Source: a virus. Taken from it: a stretch of 64,000 bases of DNA. The translations under genes and the position numbers were made by a program. Shown one piece after another: positions 59,566 to 64,000 of this stretch (position 1 is its first letter; the number at the start of each line of letters is the position of its first letter). The notes below the pieces were generated by a model. The model was not told the origin of the DNA and made no database searches. It saw only the letters and a list, made by a program, of their open reading frames with translations. The DNA is taken from IMG/VR virus record IMGVR_UViG_3300006793_000018, positions 1 through 64,000 of that record. One strand, written 5' to 3'.

Positions 59566-60752
59566 TTGAGATGAACGATGATGTCTTTGAGGAAGTATTT
59601 GAGGCACTTCTCAAAGCAGCAGATCGGCTCAATTTTGCTGAACTCTTCGCAGGTTTAGGCGGTTCCTCCCTGATTGAGTTTTTGGGCGAAGGAGGATGGG
59701 GAGGAGCAGCAAAGAAACGAGGACACAATGTCCAAGCATACGAACTGGATCCATCATTGAAACAAGGAGATCCAAATTATCACATTCGAGATGTCATGGA
59801 CATGAATGCAGAAGAGATCATGGATGACTTCGATTGGGAAGGCATCGACGCTGGTGTCGCTTCCTTTCCTTGCAAAGCATTCACTACTGCATCAGGAAAC
59901 AAAGGATGGATTTGGGATAAAAGGTGGATGGATCAGTATTCCGATTTGACAGGGAAGGATTGGGATGAAACCAAATCAACTGGTTGGCATTGGGATCGGG
60001 TCAAACCCCACTACAACAAGAACAGAGGCCAAGGATCCAAATTGGGATTCTCAGGCAACGTTGCAGCCTCAAGCCCAGACTCGTATGAGCGTGATGAATT
60101 AGGACGATATTTGGATATGCAAGGCAAACCAATGATGACTCGAAGAGGAGGAAAACCTGTACCGATGGGCGACGAACAGATCCAGTCGGCCATTGATCGA
60201 CGCGAATTGGGAATGAGTTTATTGACTCAATCTCGCAAATTGTTTGATGACCTAAAAAGTTTGAATCCTGATATGTATCAAGTGTATGAGAACCCTGCGA
60301 CGGGCAGGGCAAGATACACGAACGAATTATCGGATCTCCCAATGAAAACCATCGATGCAGCAGCATATCGAGATCCCGCGCACTCTAACCTCTTTGGACT
60401 TCCTCGAAACGAAAATCTGTTTGAGATGACCCCAGGTTCGCTTCCTGCTTTGAAACCAACGGATCTGTTTGGACATTTCCCCGACACCTTTGTTCCACGA
60501 CCACGATTGCCTCGAAGTCTCAGTGGTAAGTTCTATGAAAAGGCTCCACGTGGATCGAAGTCAGGTATTCAAGGCGTAGGAGATTTGCCAGCAAATACCC
60601 TCTTCCCTGGAAGCCCAACCATTGACAAATTCCATTTGCGATCAGTCATTCCCTATTGGCTCGGTCATGACTTTATTCAATCAGTTGAAGAAGCCCAAGG
60701 CGTCAAACCTCAATCTCCAGTAATTTCCGACGTCAAATTGCCAATGCTTTGA
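59562..60752 (+). CDS. Second C5-cytosine DNA methyltransferase-like protein with leader (VFEEVFEALLK|A)
   Basis: ELFAGLGG, AYELDP, ASFPCKAFT, YENP, KPT, RSVIP; short viral C5-MTase type with long insertions. Confidence 0.75.
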   Translation: MIEMNDDVFEEVFEALLKAADRLNFAELFAGLGGSSLIEFLGEGGWGGAAKKRGHNVQAYELDPSLKQGDPNYHIRDVMDMNAEEIMDDFDWEGIDAGVASFPCKAFTTASGNKGWIWDKRWMDQYSDLTGKDWDETKSTGWHWDRVKPHYNKNRGQGSKLGFSGNVAASSPDSYERDELGRYLDMQGKPMMTRRGGKPVPMGDEQIQSAIDRRELGMSLLTQSRKLFDDLKSLNPDMYQVYENPATGRARYTNELSDLPMKTIDAAAYRDPAHSNLFGLPRNENLFEMTPGSLPALKPTDLFGHFPDTFVPRPRLPRSLSGKFYEKAPRGSKSGIQGVGDLPANTLFPGSPTIDKFHLRSVIPYWLGHDFIQSVEEAQGVKPQSPVISDVKLPML

Positions 60753-61408
60753 ATTGGAATCCTCACCTTTTTGTTTGTACGGTGATCACGAACCAGTATT
60801 TGTGGGCGTCGGAAAATACGATGCGCTAATTCAGCACACCAAACTGCTTCCGTTTTCAACTTCTTTATCCCCTTTCTTCTTTGACCATAATGCCATGAAT
60901 GAATCATCTTCATATGCGTAAATCCAATCAAATCTGCAACATTTATTGAGTTCTCACAAGCATTCCAAAATGCTAACTGAAAGAGTCGGAATCGTTTTCC
61001 TCCTTCCCCGCTGTGTTTTTCGTATGCTTTGAACGATTCCTGCAAAATATCGTAATACTCAACATTTAGTTCAAAATCCTCTTCTGCATTGAGATATTCC
61101 TCTAACAATGGAATCCCAAACTTTTCCAAATCATAGCCTACTAAAAACGAGTCTTGGATGAATTCTTTCAATTCCCAAAGAGGAAGAGGGTTGGTCTTTG
61201 TGTTGTCTTCAAGAACATACGATACATCTGCCTTTCCTTTATCGGAAAAGACATGAAAACGATCATTTTTCCAGATCACAACTGCGGCTAAATTGAACCT
61301 TGAAGGAACGCTATAACCTGTCACCAAATCACTTGCGTCGGTATCCGAAAAAATCGCAATAGGTACAATCTTTTTCTTCGATAAAAATTTCTTAGTTTTC
61401 TTCTTCAT
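60710..61408 (-). CDS. Degenerate RNase H-like/DnaQ-type exonuclease fold protein
   Basis: LVGYDLEKFGIPLL...YYDILQE resembles ExoII; catalytic acidic residues not clearly conserved. Confidence 0.45.
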   Translation of the reverse strand: MKKKTKKFLSKKKIVPIAIFSDTDASDLVTGYSVPSRFNLAAVVIWKNDRFHVFSDKGKADVSYVLEDNTKTNPLPLWELKEFIQDSFLVGYDLEKFGIPLLEEYLNAEEDFELNVEYYDILQESFKAYEKHSGEGGKRFRLFQLAFWNACENSINVADLIGFTHMKMIHSWHYGQRRKGIKKLKTEAVWCAELAHRIFRRPQILVRDHRTNKKVRIPIQSIGNLTSEITGD

Positions 61409-61412
61409 AAAA

Positions 61413-62882
61413 TCACCAGTTCAAAGCAATGAATGCATTTCTCCCGTCCATCAAACGATCAGCGTCAGGAGATTCGGATAACTTCTTCAAGCGTCGTTCC
61501 GCCGTTTTGGTGCTAACGCCTTGATCAACAGCATAGACCTTCTCAAGTTCTTTCTTAGCCACACATTCACGCTTTGATCGAGAATGAACCATCCTGCTAC
61601 ACTTTCCATATGCAATCTTCCATTCGTGCAAAGATGCATCACGCTTCTTTTTCGCCTTGAAATCCTGCTTCTGCTCAAGCCATATGATTAGGTTGTGCAT
61701 GTTGTCGTAAATGATCTCAGTTGCCATCATGACATGATCAGCGGTGATGATCTTGCTGCCCATTATCGTTGCAATGATGTTTGAGAATGTAATCGTATAA
61801 TTTTCGATGTTGGGTATGAATGATGTTGCTGTTTCTTTGATATTTGGATTGGCGATGCCATTGACCAAATCATAATAGTCGGCTGTTGCATTAAGTAAAG
61901 CAGCATGGTATCCTTCCCCCACATCAAACAGATCGTATGCATATTGATTGGCGATTGAATCTCTTTCGTTATCATCCATTTCGTTCCATTCTTGTTGAGT
62001 CGTAGCCGATGCCTTCAACAATCTGTCACGAACCTGATCCTTGCGATCCAAGATAAATTCTGCAATTTCCGAGTACCCCCACACTTTATCGGGTACGGGA
62101 ACATAAGTTCCAGAGATACGATGCTCACTGGTTGTTTGACGCAACTCATTGCTGACATCATTTTGATACAAGAATACACGCTGGAAGAACCCTTTCTCCA
62201 ATACATGGTGCATGATGTCCTTCGGGGGGAAAGTTGTCGCCCAAAGAGATACTCCTGAAACGATGTTGATCGGTGCGCCCTTCAATACCTTTGAAAGATC
62301 ATTTGTGGCAGAACCAATGGGGGCCATTGCTTCTTGCAGGTACAGGATCTTCTCTGAAAAATACGCCTTTCTGTCGTCCAGCAAAACACTACCTTCATCG
62401 AAAAGGAGAGTTTTGTACCCATTAAGCAATCCTTTAGTGACCACATAATTGGTCTTGCCAGTTGGCTTTCCGTTTTCATCCACTTCGGGTTCAGCATCGA
62501 CGTGTCCAAGCAAACCTGCGTCCGAACCAGATGTGAATTTGGCGGTTTCGACCTCGCATTCGATCAGCAGTTTCTTTGTAAATTCATATGCAGCAGACTT
62601 CCCTGTTCGAGATTGTTGTATCCAAAACACATGCACTCTGGTGTCGAGAAACATTCCGTGTATTGGAACTCGAACATAGGGTGCGAGGACTTGGCCTACG
62701 ACATAAAACAGTGAAAGCAAGCCAGCATATTCGTTGAAAAAGGACACCGTGTTGAAACGTTCGATGTATTCTCGAATGAATTTGCTTCCCTTAAACGGGG
62801 ACTTGACTAATGTGTAGTCGTCCCATTTTCTTTCTCCAGAGTCGGTTGATGGTTTCATGAGCATTTGATTCACCTGTCGCAA
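61413..62882 (-). CDS. MCM-like AAA+ ATPase/helicase with C-terminal winged helix
   Basis: HVFWIQQSRTGKS (Walker A), SGSDAGLLG, LLFDEG (Walker B), GFFQR arginine finger. Confidence 0.65.
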   Translation of the reverse strand: MRQVNQMLMKPSTDSGERKWDDYTLVKSPFKGSKFIREYIERFNTVSFFNEYAGLLSLFYVVGQVLAPYVRVPIHGMFLDTRVHVFWIQQSRTGKSAAYEFTKKLLIECEVETAKFTSGSDAGLLGHVDAEPEVDENGKPTGKTNYVVTKGLLNGYKTLLFDEGSVLLDDRKAYFSEKILYLQEAMAPIGSATNDLSKVLKGAPINIVSGVSLWATTFPPKDIMHHVLEKGFFQRVFLYQNDVSNELRQTTSEHRISGTYVPVPDKVWGYSEIAEFILDRKDQVRDRLLKASATTQQEWNEMDDNERDSIANQYAYDLFDVGEGYHAALLNATADYYDLVNGIANPNIKETATSFIPNIENYTITFSNIIATIMGSKIITADHVMMATEIIYDNMHNLIIWLEQKQDFKAKKKRDASLHEWKIAYGKCSRMVHSRSKRECVAKKELEKVYAVDQGVSTKTAERRLKKLSESPDADRLMDGRNAFIALNW

Positions 62883-62914
62883 GGTAAGCGAACGCGAGCG
62901 TCATATATCAAGCC

Positions 62915-63628
62915 TCATGCTCTTGCCATCTTTACGCGCTCTTGAGGAACTTCTGTTTCACTGTTAATCGCACGAACGATTCGATCTGCACGAACCTTTC
63001 CAATGCCCTCTGTGACCATCAATTCCTTGGCACTGAGCGAAGCAATTTCAATGATCGAGCCATGTTCTTCGAGTAGCCTCTTGGCGATGGCAAGGCTACA
63101 TCCTGCCGCCTGGAGGATGTCGATTCTCATGTCTTCTGTGGCGGTCTTCCGAAGGAGCCGATAGGTTGAGGATGATCCAAGCGTTCCATGTTTCTCAAAA
63201 CGCTTTGCAATGAAACGAGCGGCGAGAGAGGTTGAGTCAAATGTTAGGATCGAAATGTCGTAGTCAGTGGCATATCTTGCTAAAGACCCTGTAAATGAGG
63301 CGAAGGCACGTTGGAAAGGTATTTTCCTCCCTCCCTTTCGTGCAGATCCAACATACTTGTCCAAAGTCCCATGGATCACTAAGTATGCATGGTTGTAATT
63401 GTCTTCCAAATTCTGCAACTGCTTTTCAAGATGTCCTGAATACATGCTTTGCATGTAGTCTTGAATTGTTTTTGCTTCGATTCCGACGTCTGCAAAAGAG
63501 TAATCGGTGATCATCGTTTGTCTCATTTGATGATTCAAATTTTTCTTGTCGAGATATTTGATGATCAGTTTTTCAAGACCAGATCTCTCTCGATTGTCGA
63601 TAAAAAGTACGCGTTGATCGGACATCAT
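62915..63628 (-). CDS. ERCC4/XPF-family structure-specific nuclease with HhH domain
   Basis: IDNRE, DY, IEAKTIQDY..S..GHL..QL, C-terminal EGIGKVRA. Confidence 0.88.
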   Translation of the reverse strand: MMSDQRVLFIDNRERSGLEKLIIKYLDKKNLNHQMRQTMITDYSFADVGIEAKTIQDYMQSMYSGHLEKQLQNLEDNYNHAYLVIHGTLDKYVGSARKGGRKIPFQRAFASFTGSLARYATDYDISILTFDSTSLAARFIAKRFEKHGTLGSSSTYRLLRKTATEDMRIDILQAAGCSLAIAKRLLEEHGSIIEIASLSAKELMVTEGIGKVRADRIVRAINSETEVPQERVKMARA

Positions 63629-63756
63629 TCCTCCTCCTCTTTTCTTTGCTGGAACGCCATTGCATATGCCTTTCGGCGTTTATCTCCGCATTCATCGCAG
63701 AGAACATGATATGATACCTTGGAAACAACCTCATTGTCGCACATTTCACACTTCAT
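63625..63756 (-). CDS. 43-aa Zn-finger protein, absent from the ORF track
   Basis: MKCEMCDNEVVSKVSYHVLCDECGDKRRKAYAMAFQQRKEEEE; overlaps both neighbours; provides the GGAGG SD of the ERCC4 gene. Confidence 0.65.
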   Translation of the reverse strand: MKCEMCDNEVVSKVSYHVLCDECGDKRRKAYAMAFQQRKEEEE

Positions 63757-64000
63757 TGCCAACGCCCTCCGCCTGTTTAGCGATTTCGAGGCTGTTCAAC
63801 ATATCGCAAACCAATTTCGCCCACTTTGGATCAAGAGTCAAAGAAACCATGTTATCAAATTGCATGATCTCACAATAGCCGGATTGAGGATTCACTCGGA
63901 ATGACCAAGTAAGCATTTGTGGAGGCAACTCATTGTTATGGTGTTGTTTCAACATTTCTTCTGCTTTCTTTCGTCGTATTTCCTCGATCTTGTCATCTGT
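63746..64000 (-). CDS. Hypothetical protein, 5'-truncated at the window edge
   Basis: Frame open to 64000 (..DDKIEEIRRKKAEEMLKQH..). Confidence 0.55.
   Translation of the reverse strand, partial: TDDKIEEIRRKKAEEMLKQHHNNELPPQMLTWSFRVNPQSGYCEIMQFDNMVSLTLDPKWAKLVCDMLNSLEIAKQAEGVGNEV

Larger units (their letters stand above)
1..64000. mobile_element. Tailed archaeal dsDNA virus genome segment (Caudoviricetes, magrovirus-like, probable Marine Group II euryarchaeal host)
   Basis: TerL, portal, prohead protease, HK97-type MCP, tail tube, chaperone frameshift and TMP in canonical order; archaeal-type ERCC4 nuclease and MCM-like ATPase; archaeal SD/TATA signals; no host housekeeping genes or integrase in the window. 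Host assignment is inference. Confidence 0.88.

Noticed and set aside
1-64000. CRISPR array, tRNA/rRNA genes, integrase, reverse transcriptase/DGR, inteins
   Set aside because: Intergenic gaps are mostly under 90 bp, with no regularly spaced repeats or cloverleaf seen, and no YxDD, tyrosine-recombinase or intein motifs noticed. tRNAscan and CRISPR finders were not run.

Overview
The whole 64 kb window is part of a tailed dsDNA virus genome (HK97-fold capsid, probably non-contractile tail). Its gene-expression signals look archaeal: GGTGA/GGAGG Shine-Dalgarno sites, and TATA-like boxes about 30 nt before the first genes of operons. Gene content and order best fit a magrovirus-like virus of marine Euryarchaeota (Marine Group II/Poseidoniales); this is inferred, not searched. 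The + strand arm (1-60752) carries, in order: (i) an accessory block with two ADP-ribosyltransferase-like proteins, HMG-CoA lyase, C5 and N6A DNA methyltransferases and a gp88-like protein; (ii) an RHH-led operon with an Arf/Sar1-like small GTPase and membrane proteins; (iii) putative TerS, large low-complexity proteins, TerL, portal, a degenerate-ligase head protein, prohead protease/scaffold and MCP; (iv) neck, tail tube, tail chaperones with a canonical -1 frameshift, tape measure and giant LamG tail-tip proteins; (v) a second accessory block. The - strand arm (60710-64000) begins a replication module (MCM-like ATPase, ERCC4 nuclease). The most striking unexplained pattern is a short N-terminal leader, M-x(1-4)-F-x-x-A-[WF]-x-x-[LIMV]-(x)-K|[ASG..], shared by at least 12 otherwise unrelated proteins. 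It ends in the same hydrophobic-x-K|[AS] motif seen in the MCP propeptide and the protease/scaffold. I infer a capsid-targeting, protease-cleaved tag that loads interchangeable effectors (ARTs, methyltransferases, basic proteins) into virions. All family assignments come from reading motifs by eye; no searches were run.
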